Source of the DNA: Dehalococcoidia bacterium
Lineage (GTDB): Bacteria; Chloroflexota; Dehalococcoidia; Bin125
Direction of reading: 5' to 3'
Assembly (NCBI GenBank): GCA_022828105.1
Contig: JAJEJC010000001.1
Coordinates: forward strand, 109,471-173,470
DNA: 64,000 bases
Below are positions 1-10,292 of the stretch, in pieces; within the stretch, counting starts at the first letter, position 1; each line of letters opens with the position of its first letter. The translations under genes were made by a program, and so were the position numbers. The notes under the pieces were generated by a model. That model did not search any database, had not been told where the DNA came from, and saw only the letters and a program-made list of their open reading frames with translations.

Positions 1-5
1 GCAGT

Positions 6-602
6 TTGTTGCTGATCATCGAGGCATTCTCGCCCGGCCTGGTCGGACCAGGCGTGTTCGGTGCGATCATGCTGATCTTTGGCTTCTTCGCACTCGGACC
101 GCTGGACACGAACCCGGCCGGCATTGCGCTGCTGGTGCTGGCCATCATTCTGTTGATCGCGGAGGTGTTTGTCGCCGGCTTTGGCTTCCTCGGGATCGGC
201 GGGATCATTGCGTTGATCCTGGGTGGACTGTTGTTGATCGGCGATGCGTCGGTCGACGCGGAACGGGTGTCAATCTGGGCGCTGATCGTCGGGGCGGGCC
301 TGGTCGGCCTGGTGGTCTTCGGGCTGGGCACACTGATCGCGGTGGATCGGCGGAGGCCAAAGTGGACGTACCGCAGTCGGCAAGGAATCGTGGGCAAGGA
401 AGGTCATGCGCACAACACGCTCGCGCCGGGCGGCACCGTGATGATCGACGCCGAGCTGTGGTCGGCGCGGTCCGCCGCCGGCATGGAGATACCTGAGGGC
501 GCGACGATTACGGTCGTCGGGACCGAAGGGCTGACGGCGATTGTCGAGTCGCTGGAAGCGGACCCGTCGCCGCAAGAGGAACCACAAGACGATGAGTCCT
601 AG
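6..602 (+). CDS. NfeD-like membrane protein; N-terminus may lie upstream of the window
   Basis: Several hydrophobic TM segments (FGAIMLIFGFFALGPL, LLVLAIILLIAEVFVAGFGFLGIGGIIALILGGLLLIG) are followed by a C-terminal soluble beta-rich tail (GKEGHAHNTLAPGGTVMIDAELWSARS...ITVVGTEG), as in the NfeD/YuaF short-form family. Confidence 0.55.
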   Translation: MLLIIEAFSPGLVGPGVFGAIMLIFGFFALGPLDTNPAGIALLVLAIILLIAEVFVAGFGFLGIGGIIALILGGLLLIGDASVDAERVSIWALIVGAGLVGLVVFGLGTLIAVDRRRPKWTYRSRQGIVGKEGHAHNTLAPGGTVMIDAELWSARSAAGMEIPEGATITVVGTEGLTAIVESLEADPSPQEEPQDDES

Positions 603-975
603 CGCCTTCGATTCTTACTTCGACGAGCTGGGCGATGCAGAACGGCGCGTCGCGCTCGCCGTGCGCGACGCCGTCCGCGAGGCCGTGGGAGCGAATCCGC
701 GCATCTCGGAAACCACCAAATGGAGCTATCCCGCCTGGGTGCATTCGGGCAAGCGCGGCAACATGTGCAGCATCATGGGCGCCAACGGCTATGTCCGACT
801 GCAATTCTTCCGGGGCGCCGAGTTGCCAGGCTCGGAGTCGAGACTGGAGGGAACGGGTAAGGGAATGAGACACCTGAAAGTCTGGTGCGACCGAGCGTTT
901 CCTGGCACAGCGATCCGCTCATTGGTCTCAGACGCAGTGTCCCTGCACGGCAGTCACGGCAATCAGCAGACCTAG
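592..975 (+). CDS. DUF1801 (YdhG-like) domain protein
   Basis: ATG at 592 (MSPSAFDSYFDELGDAERRVALAVRDAVREAV...TKWSYPAW...NMCSIMGANGYVRLQFFRGAEL) matches the DUF1801 pattern. It overlaps the upstream stop by 11 nt. Confidence 0.5.
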   Translation: MSPSAFDSYFDELGDAERRVALAVRDAVREAVGANPRISETTKWSYPAWVHSGKRGNMCSIMGANGYVRLQFFRGAELPGSESRLEGTGKGMRHLKVWCDRAFPGTAIRSLVSDAVSLHGSHGNQQT

Positions 976-1019
976 TCCAGCTGCCTCCGGATCACGGCCC
1001 CGGCGCAGAAGCGAAGGCT

Positions 1020-1388
1020 CTAGTAGGAGTGGATCGCGCGCTTGGAGTTGCGGGGGCGTTGGGGAATCCGTGCGGCGCGGCCGGTGCGGTCGCGGAGGTA
1101 GTACAGGCGGGAGCGGCGGACACGTCCGCGCCGGGTGACTTCAACCTTCTCGATGCGCGGAGAGTGATAGAGGAACGTGCGCTCGACGCCGATGCCCTTG
1201 GTCACGCGGCGGACTGTGAAGTTGGACGACGTTCCTTGCTTCTTGCGCCGGATCACGACGCCTTCGAAGACCTGGGTGCGTTCTCGGTCGCCCTCGACGA
1301 TCACGGCATGGACGCGGACGGTGTCGCCGGGCTGGAAATCCTCAATTGCCGGGTTGCGTTCATAGGTCAGAAGATCACTGCGGTCCAT
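1020..1388 (-). CDS. rplS: 50S ribosomal protein L19
   Basis: [83 protein letters not shown] is the canonical L19 sequence. Confidence 0.95.
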   Translation of the reverse strand: MDRSDLLTYERNPAIEDFQPGDTVRVHAVIVEGDRERTQVFEGVVIRRKKQGTSSNFTVRRVTKGIGVERTFLYHSPRIEKVEVTRRGRVRRSRLYYLRDRTGRAARIPQRPRNSKRAIHSY

Positions 1389-1487
1389 GGGGACAACTCC
1401 GGACAGGACAATGCGGAAACGGACGTGTCTCCATCTTATGGCGCGATCAGGCTTGCATTCCAGCGAAGCGCCGTCCTGAGCCGGGGC

Positions 1488-2204
1488 CTAGCTCGTTGCC
1501 TCCGACACATCGCCGAGATCCGCACCCAGCTCCGCCAACATGTCGGGACGGCGCTGTCGAGTGCGTTGACGCTGCTGCTCGCGACGCCAGCGCTCAACGG
1601 CGCCGTGATCGCCGCTGAGCAGGACTTCGGGAACGCGCCAGCCGCGAAACTCGGGCGGACGCGTGTACTGCGGGTACTCGAGCAGCCCTTCCGCAAACGA
1701 CTCTTCGACGGTCGACTGCAAGGAACCCAGCGCCCCGGGCTGAAGACGAACGACTGCATCGGTCAGCACGACGGCTGCCGGTTCACCACCGGAGAGGACG
1801 TAGTCGCCGATTGAGACTTCGACGTCCGCCAGATGCTCGCGGACCCGTTCGTCTACTCCTTCGTAGCGTCCGCAGAGGATGATCAACCGCTCTTCGGCAG
1901 CGAGCCGGCGGGCGAGCGCCTGGTCGAGCCGTCGGCCCTGCGGCGTGAGCAGAATGCAGCGTCCCGGATTGCCTTGCTCGCGCAGGTGCTCGACGGCCCG
2001 AAACCAGGGCTCCGGCTTCATCACCATGCCGGCTCCGCCGCCGTAGGGATAGTCGTCGACCGTGCGATGTCGGTCGCTGGTGTAGCGACGTAAGTCGTGG
2101 ACGTAGATCTCCACGATTCCGCGATCGCGGGCGCGTCTGACGATGCTGTGTTCAAACGCGCCCGCAACGAGCGGCGGGAAGATTGTGACCAGATCGATTC
2201 TCAT
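1488..2204 (-). CDS. trmD: tRNA (guanine37-N1)-methyltransferase TrmD
   Basis: MRIDLVTIFP...YPYGGGAGMVMKPEP...ILLTPQGRRL...LIILCGRYEGVDERV...DYVLSGGEPAAVVLTDAVVRL are SPOUT-knot TrmD motifs. Confidence 0.95.
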   Translation of the reverse strand: MRIDLVTIFPPLVAGAFEHSIVRRARDRGIVEIYVHDLRRYTSDRHRTVDDYPYGGGAGMVMKPEPWFRAVEHLREQGNPGRCILLTPQGRRLDQALARRLAAEERLIILCGRYEGVDERVREHLADVEVSIGDYVLSGGEPAAVVLTDAVVRLQPGALGSLQSTVEESFAEGLLEYPQYTRPPEFRGWRVPEVLLSGDHGAVERWRREQQRQRTRQRRPDMLAELGADLGDVSEATS

Positions 2205-3424
2205 TCGCGCCCGAGCGCGGCGTCGGGGTCCCAGCGGCGAGTGCCGTTCGAGCCGGCCGCCGAATTGGCCGATGCCTGCCGACTGTGGAGGAAGGTGGGC
2301 GTGGCGAGCTCGTCGAGGCTGCGCGGCGCCACCGGCTTGAAGGTCAGGTTGTCGAGGATTTCTTCGCGGGTCGGCTGTCGAGGCTCGTCGGACAGCATGG
2401 CGAAGGCCGTCTGCCTGTTCGGAGCCTGCTCGTAGCCTGCTGCCGGATGCGTTTGCGCCTGGTGAGCCGGCTCGAAGCCGGTGGCGATTAGCGTCATCTG
2501 GATATCGCCGTCAAGCGTGTCGTCGATCACGGTTCCCATGATGATCTCGGCGTTGGGATGGACCTTCTCGCGGACGAAGTCGGCGATCTGCTGGAGCTCC
2601 AGCATGCCCAGGTCTCCTGCCGAAGTGACGTTGTAGAGCACCCTGGTCGCACCGTGGATGCTGTCCTCGAGCAACGGCGAGTGGATCGCTTCTTCCGCGG
2701 CGTCGATCGCGCGGTTGTCGCCGGAGCCATGACCCAGCGCCATCAGCGCGTGTCCGCCGCCGCCCATGACCTTTTTCACGTCATTGAAGTCAAGGTTGAT
2801 CTCGCCCGGCACCGTCAGCACGTCGGAGATGCCGCGCACGGCCTGGCGCAGCACGTCGTCGGCGCGACCGAATGCCTGGGTCACCGTCAGGCTGCGGTCG
2901 TTCTTGTCGATCAGCCGCTGGTTGGGGATCACGATTACGGTGTCGGCGACTTCGTTGAGGCGCTCGATGCCGTCCTGCGCCGCGTCGGCGCGAGGCACTC
3001 CCTCAAACTCGAAGGGTCGAGTGACGACCGCGATCGTCAGTGCGCCGGCCTGACGCGCCATCTCTGCGACGATTGGCGCAGCGCCGGTCCCGGTGCCGCC
3101 GCCCATACCGGCGGTGATGAATGCCATGTCGACATCACTGAACAGGTCGCGGATTTCGTCACGGCTGTTCTCGGCCGCGCGAGCGCCGCGCTCGGGATCG
3201 CCGCCGACACCAAGACCGTCGGACTCCGCATCGGCGATCCGGATCACCGTCTCCGCCTGAGCGGCGGACAACTGCTGGTTGTCCGTGTTGACGGCGACGA
3301 ATTCGACCCCGCGAATCTCGTCGTCGATCATGCGGTTGACGGCATTGCAGCCGCCTCCGCCGACTCCAACGACGGTGATTGGCGGGATACCCTCGTCTCG
3401 GCTGTTGCGGTTACGAATGACCAT
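2201..3424 (-). CDS. ftsZ: cell division GTPase FtsZ
   Basis: GVGGGGCNAVNRM, FITAGMGGGTGTGAAP and a C-terminal DELATPTFL peptide are present. It overlaps the trmD start by 4 nt. Confidence 0.97.
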   Translation of the reverse strand: MVIRNRNSRDEGIPPITVVGVGGGGCNAVNRMIDDEIRGVEFVAVNTDNQQLSAAQAETVIRIADAESDGLGVGGDPERGARAAENSRDEIRDLFSDVDMAFITAGMGGGTGTGAAPIVAEMARQAGALTIAVVTRPFEFEGVPRADAAQDGIERLNEVADTVIVIPNQRLIDKNDRSLTVTQAFGRADDVLRQAVRGISDVLTVPGEINLDFNDVKKVMGGGGHALMALGHGSGDNRAIDAAEEAIHSPLLEDSIHGATRVLYNVTSAGDLGMLELQQIADFVREKVHPNAEIIMGTVIDDTLDGDIQMTLIATGFEPAHQAQTHPAAGYEQAPNRQTAFAMLSDEPRQPTREEILDNLTFKPVAPRSLDELATPTFLHSRQASANSAAGSNGTRRWDPDAALGRE

Positions 3425-3482
3425 TCGGCGCTCCTCTCTCTACGTTGTAGTGGCTCAACAGGGTGTGAATGTTCGTGCGTTC

Positions 3483-4760
3483 CTAGCTGTTCGGGTTGAA
3501 GACGCGGACGAAGCGGGACAGACCGGACACCAGTGGGACCAGCAGCGAACCGCCCGGCTCTTTGTGCCGACCGAGCGTGCCGGGCTGACCGGTGGAGATC
3601 GCGTCGCCGGAGTCGAGCATCCAATCAAGCATCCCGACCGCGCCCAACGCGTCGGGGTGTCGCAGCTTGTCGGCGAGTCCGAAGAGGTCGCCCGGCTCAC
3701 CGATGCGTGTCGGCGATTCAAGCGCCTTGCTGAACAGCAGATCGATTCCGCGCAGGGATGCGCCCCCGCCGGTCAGGATGATGCCGCCGGCAACGGCCTG
3801 CTGGAGCTGCGACTCGGTGATTCGATTGGCAATCATGCTGATCACTTCGCTGGAGCGGGCGTTGATGATCTCGGCGACCAACGACGGATCGGCGCTGTGT
3901 AATCCTCCGTTCGCCGAGAATCCGCGCAACTGAATCGCCGCCTCATCGTTCGGCACCAGTTGCGGAATTGCCCAGCCGTGCGAGCGCATCACGGACAATG
4001 CTTCGTCGTTGGCGCAGTGCAGTCCGACCGAGAGATCGCGGGCGATGTGCGAGGTACCGATGGGCAGGGCGGAAGTATGGGAGATTGCGCCGTCTTCGAA
4101 AGCGGTCAACGTCGTCGTGCCGGCATCGAGTCCGACCACCAGCGCGCCGAACTCCTTTTCGTCGCTGCGCACGGCGCGCTCGGCGGCGACGACTGGCTTG
4201 GCGGCGATGAGTTCGACATCGACCCCGGCATTCTGCACGCAGTGGGCGGCATTCTGGATTGCACTGTGCGACGCAGTGACGAGGTGCATGGAGACATCGA
4301 GCCGCTGCCCGTGTTGTCCGCGTGGATCGAACGAGCGGCGCTCGGAGTCGACGACGTAGTAGCGAGGGATCGCATGGACCAGCGAGGAGACCTGGTTGAT
4401 CGTGACCGCGCGTCCGGAATCGATGGCGCGGACCAGATCGGCATCGCGGATCGGTTCTCCCAGCGAGGGCAAGGCGACCGCGCCGCGATTGTTCATGCTC
4501 TGTAGATGCGCTCCGGAGACGGCGATGCCGACAGAGAGGATCTGTCGACCGGAGGATGCCTCAGCCTGGTCCAACGATGCGCGAATCGAGTCGGCGGCAC
4601 GCGAGACGTGGCTGATCTGTCCGGCTTCGATGCCGCTCGACGGCGCCTGTCCGACGCCGAGAATGTGCAGCTGCCCAAGTTCGTCGCGCTCGCCGACGAC
4701 CGTCGTGATCACGGATGTTCCCAGATCAATCGCAACGCTGGCGTTGGAAGTTGGCGGCAT
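3483..4760 (-). CDS. ftsA: cell division protein FtsA
   Basis: Actin-like ATPase (IDLGTSVITTVVGE...VVGLDAGTTTLTAF...) located immediately upstream of ftsZ. Confidence 0.93.
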   Translation of the reverse strand: MPPTSNASVAIDLGTSVITTVVGERDELGQLHILGVGQAPSSGIEAGQISHVSRAADSIRASLDQAEASSGRQILSVGIAVSGAHLQSMNNRGAVALPSLGEPIRDADLVRAIDSGRAVTINQVSSLVHAIPRYYVVDSERRSFDPRGQHGQRLDVSMHLVTASHSAIQNAAHCVQNAGVDVELIAAKPVVAAERAVRSDEKEFGALVVGLDAGTTTLTAFEDGAISHTSALPIGTSHIARDLSVGLHCANDEALSVMRSHGWAIPQLVPNDEAAIQLRGFSANGGLHSADPSLVAEIINARSSEVISMIANRITESQLQQAVAGGIILTGGGASLRGIDLLFSKALESPTRIGEPGDLFGLADKLRHPDALGAVGMLDWMLDSGDAISTGQPGTLGRHKEPGGSLLVPLVSGLSRFVRVFNPNS

Positions 4761-4790
4761 GATCGCTCCTGGATTCGTGTTTCTCAGTTG

Positions 4791-5777
4791 CTATTGAGTG
4801 GGCGCCGTCGCCGAGCTTGCGAGCAGGTTCGGCGGTTCCGGAGTGGTGGTGACGGCCGCGGCGCTGGAGTCGCGATTGAGGACGCCTCGACCAAGGTTGA
4901 TTCCGATTTCGACCCGCGGACGAAGCCCGAATCGCAGATCGGCGAAAAGCAGTGGTTGTCCGCGGCGTTGGGCTTCCGCTTCGAGTAGCTCCCAGACGGT
5001 GTACTTGAAGTCGAGTCCGTCAGCGCCACCGAACACGATCCGTCCGTGTTCGGTGACAACTACGAGTCCGTCGACGAGCGACCACTCGAAGGCAAGAATG
5101 GCCGGCAGCGGCAGTGGCGCGCCACGCTGATGTAGCTCGTCCGCCATCCGCAGCGCGGTCGTGTCGACCTGCGCGCCTGCGGCGATCGCAGGCAAGGCCG
5201 AAATCTGGGTCACTATCGGTCCGTCGTACGAGGGCGCGGGGCCCTCAAGGACGATGCCGTCTGAATCAATTGCCCACACCGTGTTGTTGGCCCGCCACCG
5301 GCCCCAGGGCGCTCGCTCCACTATGACGATTTTGATGCCGTTTGGCCAGTCCCGGCTGATTTCGACATCCTTGACCATCGGCAGCGCGCGAATTCGTTGA
5401 CGCGCGGCATCCAGGTCGGCCAGCAGCACGTGTTGGCCCTTCACTCCGGCTAGCTGTTTCACCGAGGCGGCGGAAACGACGCTCGCGCCTTCGACTTCGA
5501 CTCGGCTGATGTCCAGCAGCGGAGAGTTGAGAATCGCGAGCGCTGCGCCCAAGGCAGCGATTGCGAGCACGAGTGAGGCGAACACGAGCAGCGGCCAACG
5601 AATCCTGAACGGAGCCCGCGCGCGTGCCGCCGATGCCGACGCCAGGCGAGTGATGAACGCTCGACGCCGACCTGGCGGGACCGGACGCACGACCACGTCG
5701 CCTACCGGCGGGGACTGTTCCGTTGGCGGCTGATGTTGGTCATTACTGCGCTCATCGCTTAAGTGCATGTTGTTCAC
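4791..5777 (-). CDS. ftsQ: cell division protein FtsQ/DivIB (POTRA domain)
   Basis: Single TM (WPLLVFASLVLAIAALGAALAIL) followed by a POTRA-like region (ISRVEVEGASVVSAASVKQ), sitting between ddl and ftsA. The start is uncertain and may be internal. Confidence 0.75.
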   Translation of the reverse strand: MNNMHLSDERSNDQHQPPTEQSPPVGDVVVRPVPPGRRRAFITRLASASAARARAPFRIRWPLLVFASLVLAIAALGAALAILNSPLLDISRVEVEGASVVSAASVKQLAGVKGQHVLLADLDAARQRIRALPMVKDVEISRDWPNGIKIVIVERAPWGRWRANNTVWAIDSDGIVLEGPAPSYDGPIVTQISALPAIAAGAQVDTTALRMADELHQRGAPLPLPAILAFEWSLVDGLVVVTEHGRIVFGGADGLDFKYTVWELLEAEAQRRGQPLLFADLRFGLRPRVEIGINLGRGVLNRDSSAAAVTTTPEPPNLLASSATAPTQ

Positions 5778-6886
5778 TGACGCGCCTCGCGATCGAGTGA
5801 GGCGCGGCCGTCGGCCGCATTGCTGCGGCGCTCGATGGCCAGGGCGACGAGTCGGTCGATCAGCTCGCTCAGCGGTATTCCGGCGACTTCGAAGACGCGC
5901 GGGTACATCGAGGCCGAAGTGAAGCCCGGGATTGTGTTCAGTTCACCGAGCCAGAATCGACCGTTGGCGTCGACCAGGAAGTCGGCGCGGACCATGCCCT
6001 CGGCGCCGACGGCGTGCCAGGCCTCGACCGCTGTGTGCCGAAGCTGTTTGGCGAGGTCGATGTCGAGTTCCGCCGGCGCGATCAGCTCGGTCGTTGGGTC
6101 TTCGTACTTGGCGATGTAGTCGTAGAACGCTCGCTGCGTGCGAATCTCGCCAAACGGCGAGACGACCGGAGGTCGGCCGTCCGGCGAGCCAAGCACGCCG
6201 CACTCGATCTCGCGCGGCGACGGCATTGCCTCTTCGATCAGCACCTCGGAGTCGCAGGCGAAGGCGGCGGCCAGGGCGTCGGCGGCTTCCTCTCGCGAGT
6301 CGACGCGGCCGGCGCCGATGCTGGACCCGCCGCGGGACGGCTTGACGAAGTACGGATAGCCGAGCTCTGAGGCGTTCCGAATGACGGCTACAGAGTCGTC
6401 GCGCCATGCCGCGCACGAGACCGCGATCCCGGGCGCAACGGGGATGCCGACCTCGCGCAGAATCTGTTTGCAGCGCGCTTTGTCCATGGCAAGCGCGGAG
6501 GCGGCGACGCCGGAGCCAATGTAGGGCACGTCGAGCGTCTCGATGAATCCCTGGAGCACGCCGTCTTCACCGGACGTGCCGTGGATCAGGGGAAAGACGG
6601 CATCGCACGCCACCAGGGCGGCGAGCGTCGCCTGGGGGACGCGATTGGACCGAGGCGCAGCGGGAGCGGCGATCTCCTCGCGACCGCCCTTCTGGATGAT
6701 TGACAGGGCTCGGCTCGATTCGTCGGGTGTGAGCCAGAGGCCGTCGCGCGAGACTGCGAACGGGATGATCTGCCAGCGCTTCGTGCTGGCCGCAGCCATC
6801 ACCGCCTGCGCGGAGCGGATCGAGATCACGTGTTCGACGGTCGCGCCGCCGAAAATCACGCCCAATCTTCGGCGTGCCTCAGTCAC
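5774..6886 (-). CDS. ddl: D-alanine--D-alanine ligase
   Basis: LGVIFGGATVEHVISIRSA...YPYFVKPSRGGSSIGAGRV...GELNTIPGFTSASMYPR is an ATP-grasp Ddl. Confidence 0.92.
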   Translation of the reverse strand: MTEARRRLGVIFGGATVEHVISIRSAQAVMAAASTKRWQIIPFAVSRDGLWLTPDESSRALSIIQKGGREEIAAPAAPRSNRVPQATLAALVACDAVFPLIHGTSGEDGVLQGFIETLDVPYIGSGVAASALAMDKARCKQILREVGIPVAPGIAVSCAAWRDDSVAVIRNASELGYPYFVKPSRGGSSIGAGRVDSREEAADALAAAFACDSEVLIEEAMPSPREIECGVLGSPDGRPPVVSPFGEIRTQRAFYDYIAKYEDPTTELIAPAELDIDLAKQLRHTAVEAWHAVGAEGMVRADFLVDANGRFWLGELNTIPGFTSASMYPRVFEVAGIPLSELIDRLVALAIERRSNAADGRASLDREARQ

Positions 6887-7811
6887 TCGCCGCCTCCTCG
6901 CCGGTCACCGCGATTTCCGGCTCCAGGGTTATGCCGAATCGCGTCTCGACCGTCTCACGAACCTGAGCGATGAGCGCGAGAAAGTCGCTGGCGCACGCGC
7001 CGGCGACGTCGGTGTTGAGGATGTAGTTGGCGTGCAGTTGGGACACGCAAGCTGCGCCTACGCTCGCGCCCTTGAGTCCGGCTTGATCGATCAACTGTCC
7101 GGCCGAGCGCGGATCGTCCGGTGGATTCTTGAATGTGGAACCGAGCGAAGGTCCGCTCGGCGCGTTGGCTTTGCGCAAGGACTCCACGCGATCGATTTCG
7201 GCCAGCGAGGCGAACACGTCGCCTTCGCGTAGCTGCAGGGTGAGCGAAGTGACGATGTGGTCGCTGAGGTCGCCATCGCGCAGTCGCGACGTGCGGTAGC
7301 CCAGTTCCAGATCCGCGGCCTCGAACTGGACGAGCGTCCCACTCTGGTCAATGGCGCGGACCGCGACCAGCACGTCGGAGAGGTCGGATCCGTACGCCCC
7401 GGCGTTGGTTGGCAGGCCGCCGCCGACTGCGCCGGGGATGCCCGCGGCCCACTCAAGCCCGGAGAGCCCGGCGCGCGCGGTTGAACGGGCCAGCGCTGCA
7501 AATCGGATTCCGGATTCGACCTCAATCCGATCATCGTCGAGACGTCGACAGCCGCGCGTTTCGTTCTTGAGCACGACGCCGCGGATCCCGCCGTCGCGGA
7601 TCAGCACGTTGGAGCCTGCGCCAAGCAAGGTCAGCGGAGTTCCCGAGCAGCGAACGGTCCTGACCAGATCGAAGAGCGCGTCGGCGTTGCGAACGTTGAC
7701 AAACCAGTCGGCCGCGCCGCCGACCTGAACGAACGTGTGACGACTGAGCGGCTCGCTGCGACGCGCGTTGTGTTCCTGGAGCAGCGCCTGGAGGATCTGA
7801 TTGCGGGTCAC
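6879..7811 (-). CDS. murB: UDP-N-acetylenolpyruvoylglucosamine reductase
   Basis: FAD-binding MurB (HTFVQVGGAADWFV...LGAGSNVLIRDGGIRGVV; C-terminal GSTFKNPP...AGQLID). Confidence 0.92.
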   Translation of the reverse strand: MTRNQILQALLQEHNARRSEPLSRHTFVQVGGAADWFVNVRNADALFDLVRTVRCSGTPLTLLGAGSNVLIRDGGIRGVVLKNETRGCRRLDDDRIEVESGIRFAALARSTARAGLSGLEWAAGIPGAVGGGLPTNAGAYGSDLSDVLVAVRAIDQSGTLVQFEAADLELGYRTSRLRDGDLSDHIVTSLTLQLREGDVFASLAEIDRVESLRKANAPSGPSLGSTFKNPPDDPRSAGQLIDQAGLKGASVGAACVSQLHANYILNTDVAGACASDFLALIAQVRETVETRFGITLEPEIAVTGEEAASD

Positions 7812-9175
7812 GCAGCGCCGCCGATCGATCGGCGCAACTCGCGCAGGATGATCGGTCCGGCCGCGTCGATGTCGCCGGCGCCCATCGTGATGATCAAGTC
7901 ATTGGGCAGCGCCTGCTTTGCGGCGACGCGCGCGCTCTGATCGATCGAGCCGCCGTATGCGGCTGAAGCGGAAATCTCGGTTGCGAGTTGCTCCGAGTTC
8001 ATCTCGTCGCCGCTCATGTCGCGGGCCGCGTAGGTATCGACCGTGTAGACAAGATCGGCTGCATCGAAGCAGGTACGGAAGCCGTCCAACAGGTATGACG
8101 TGCGCGTGTACGTGTGCGGCTGAAACAGCACCACAATGCGGCGATCGGGCCAGCGCTGCTTTGCGGCGTCAATCGCGGCGGACACCTCCGTCGGGTGATG
8201 CGCGTAGTCGTCGAGAACGATCACGCCACCCGCTTCGCCGTGCAACTGGAAGCGCCGGTTGACTCCGCGGAAGGCTCGCAGCGCCTCGACTGACTCCCCA
8301 AGGTCGAAGCCGGACTGTTCCAGCGCGGCGAGCGCGGCAGCGGCATTCTGCAGCTGGTACCGGCCTGGTTGGAGTAGCGCACCCATGTGTTGCCCACTGG
8401 AGGTCGTGAGCAGAAATCCGTCGGCGCGCTCGCGGATGGAGTAGTCGGCGTCGCCGTCTGCCGAGCAGGTGACGACTCGCACATCCGGCCGCCGGACGCT
8501 GAGACGCTGCGCGATCTGTGCTGCCGCCGGTGAGTCGCTGCCGACAACGAGCGTGCCGCCGGTCTTGAGCGTCTCCACATAGTCCAGGAACGCGGCTTCG
8601 AGCGCGTCCTGCGATCCGTAGTAGTCGAGGTGGTCCGCTTCGCAATTGGTCAGCACTGCGACCGCCGGGGTGTAGTGATGAAACGCACGACCGTACTCGT
8701 CCGCTTCGAGCACCAGCCAGGGATCGGTGCCACGTCGGGCGTGCACGCAGAAGTCCGGCGCTTCGCCGCCGATCACGAAGCCGGTGTCGCGGCCGGAGGC
8801 TCGCATGGCGTGCGCGATCATTGCCGTCGTCGTGGTCTTGCCGTGGGTCCCGCCGACCGCGATGACATTGCGCGGCGCGGCGATGTCGCTGAGTAGCTCC
8901 GCTCGGGTCTGAACCGGAATGCCCAGTTCGAGCGCGCGGGCAATCTCGGGGTGCGACTCAGGGACGGCGGCAGTGCGCACAACCTGGGTCGCCATCGTGA
9001 CGTGGTGTTCGTTATGTCCAATGAGGACCCTCGCGCCGCGGCTGCGCAGCGAGTCCAGGATTGGCGCGTCGGATCGGTCGCAACCTGATACCACCAGGCC
9101 ATCGTCCAACAGAATGTGGGCAAGGGCCGACATGTGGATGCCGCCGATACCGACGAAGTGAACGTTGATCGTCAT
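7808..9175 (-). CDS. murC: UDP-N-acetylmuramate--L-alanine ligase
   Basis: HFVGIGGIHMSALA...VIAVGGTHGKTTTTAMIA are the Mur ligase motifs. Confidence 0.94.
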   Translation of the reverse strand: MTINVHFVGIGGIHMSALAHILLDDGLVVSGCDRSDAPILDSLRSRGARVLIGHNEHHVTMATQVVRTAAVPESHPEIARALELGIPVQTRAELLSDIAAPRNVIAVGGTHGKTTTTAMIAHAMRASGRDTGFVIGGEAPDFCVHARRGTDPWLVLEADEYGRAFHHYTPAVAVLTNCEADHLDYYGSQDALEAAFLDYVETLKTGGTLVVGSDSPAAAQIAQRLSVRRPDVRVVTCSADGDADYSIRERADGFLLTTSSGQHMGALLQPGRYQLQNAAAALAALEQSGFDLGESVEALRAFRGVNRRFQLHGEAGGVIVLDDYAHHPTEVSAAIDAAKQRWPDRRIVVLFQPHTYTRTSYLLDGFRTCFDAADLVYTVDTYAARDMSGDEMNSEQLATEISASAAYGGSIDQSARVAAKQALPNDLIITMGAGDIDAAGPIILRELRRSIGGAA

Positions 9176-9182
9176 CGTTACG

Positions 9183-10292
9183 TCACTTTGCCACAGTCAT
9201 GATTACTTCGGCAATACGCACGTCGGCATCGACGCGCCGAAGCCGCCGCATGGCATCGCGCATTGACTCCAGTTGCTCTGAGTCGGCGAGGAGCGCGGCG
9301 GTGAGGTCGAAGAGTTGATCGCCGACGGACTCGTCCTCGATCACGACGGCCGCGCCGGCATCGGCCAGGAGTTGCGCGTTGTATCGCTGGTGGCCACCGG
9401 CCTCGCCGAGCGGCGCGAGGATGGCCGGGAGCGCAGCGGCGGGATACTCGCCCATCACGGACGCTCCGGCGCGAGACACGGCGAGGTCGCAGGCCGCCAT
9501 CGCCAGAGGCATCTCTTCGGACATGTAGGAATAGAGCCGGTAGCGGGAGCGAAGCCTGGGCGGCAGCGCTTCGCGCAGCCTGGCGAGTCGGTCATAGTCG
9601 TCTCGCCCGGAAATGTGCAGGAGCTGGGTCTGGGTGAGCCAATCCTCAATTCGCTCGGCGATGCAGTCGTTGATTCGCCGCGCGCCGCGAACGGCCCCGG
9701 TCACGAGCAGAGCGGGTCCGCCGTTGAGCTGAAAGTGTGCCCGAGCGAGCGGCTTGTCGAGGTCGTGGAATCCCTGGCGCAACGGATATCCGGTGACGAC
9801 CGCTTTGCCCGGCCGATAGCTCCTGGCTGCACGATCGTGGGTGACGCAAATGCGGCTGGCCAACGGCGCGAGCAGGCGCAGGGTCCAGCCCGGCTCGATG
9901 TCGGGCTGGAGCAGGACGATCGGTCGGCGCATCAACCAGGCCGCGATGCCGACCGGCGCAGAAACATACCCGCCGGTGAGAAACACGACATGAGGCCGAA
10001 AGCGGGCGATCAACATCAGCGCATCGAGCACGCCGGTAGCGGTCGCACCAATGGAGAGCAGCTGGGAGAGCGGATTGCGCCCTCGCAGCGCGCGGGCGGC
10101 AATCGTCGCGTAGGCGAGGCCGGACTCAACGGCGAGCTCCGACTCGACGCCGTCGGCCGTGCCGGCGAAGCGAAACTCAATCTCGGCGTCTTGCTCATCC
10201 GCCTTGCGGCGCAGCGCGTCGGCAGCGGCGAAGGCAGGGAAGACGTGGCCTCCCGAGCCGCCTCCGGATAGCAGTACGCGAAGACTCCGCAC
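9183..10292 (-). CDS. murG: undecaprenyldiphospho-muramoylpentapeptide beta-N-acetylglucosaminyltransferase
   Basis: LLSGGGSGGHVFPAFAAADAL is the GT28 N-terminus. GTG start. Confidence 0.94.
   Translation of the reverse strand: MRSLRVLLSGGGSGGHVFPAFAAADALRRKADEQDAEIEFRFAGTADGVESELAVESGLAYATIAARALRGRNPLSQLLSIGATATGVLDALMLIARFRPHVVFLTGGYVSAPVGIAAWLMRRPIVLLQPDIEPGWTLRLLAPLASRICVTHDRAARSYRPGKAVVTGYPLRQGFHDLDKPLARAHFQLNGGPALLVTGAVRGARRINDCIAERIEDWLTQTQLLHISGRDDYDRLARLREALPPRLRSRYRLYSYMSEEMPLAMAACDLAVSRAGASVMGEYPAAALPAILAPLGEAGGHQRYNAQLLADAGAAVVIEDESVGDQLFDLTAALLADSEQLESMRDAMRRLRRVDADVRIAEVIMTVAK

Noticed and set aside
2558-3499. 313-aa plus-strand ORF antisense to ftsZ, and many similar antisense or Arg-rich ORFs throughout
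   Set aside because: Typical high-GC shadow ORFs with biased Arg/Ala/Gly composition and no homology, each overlapping a strongly supported gene on the other strand.
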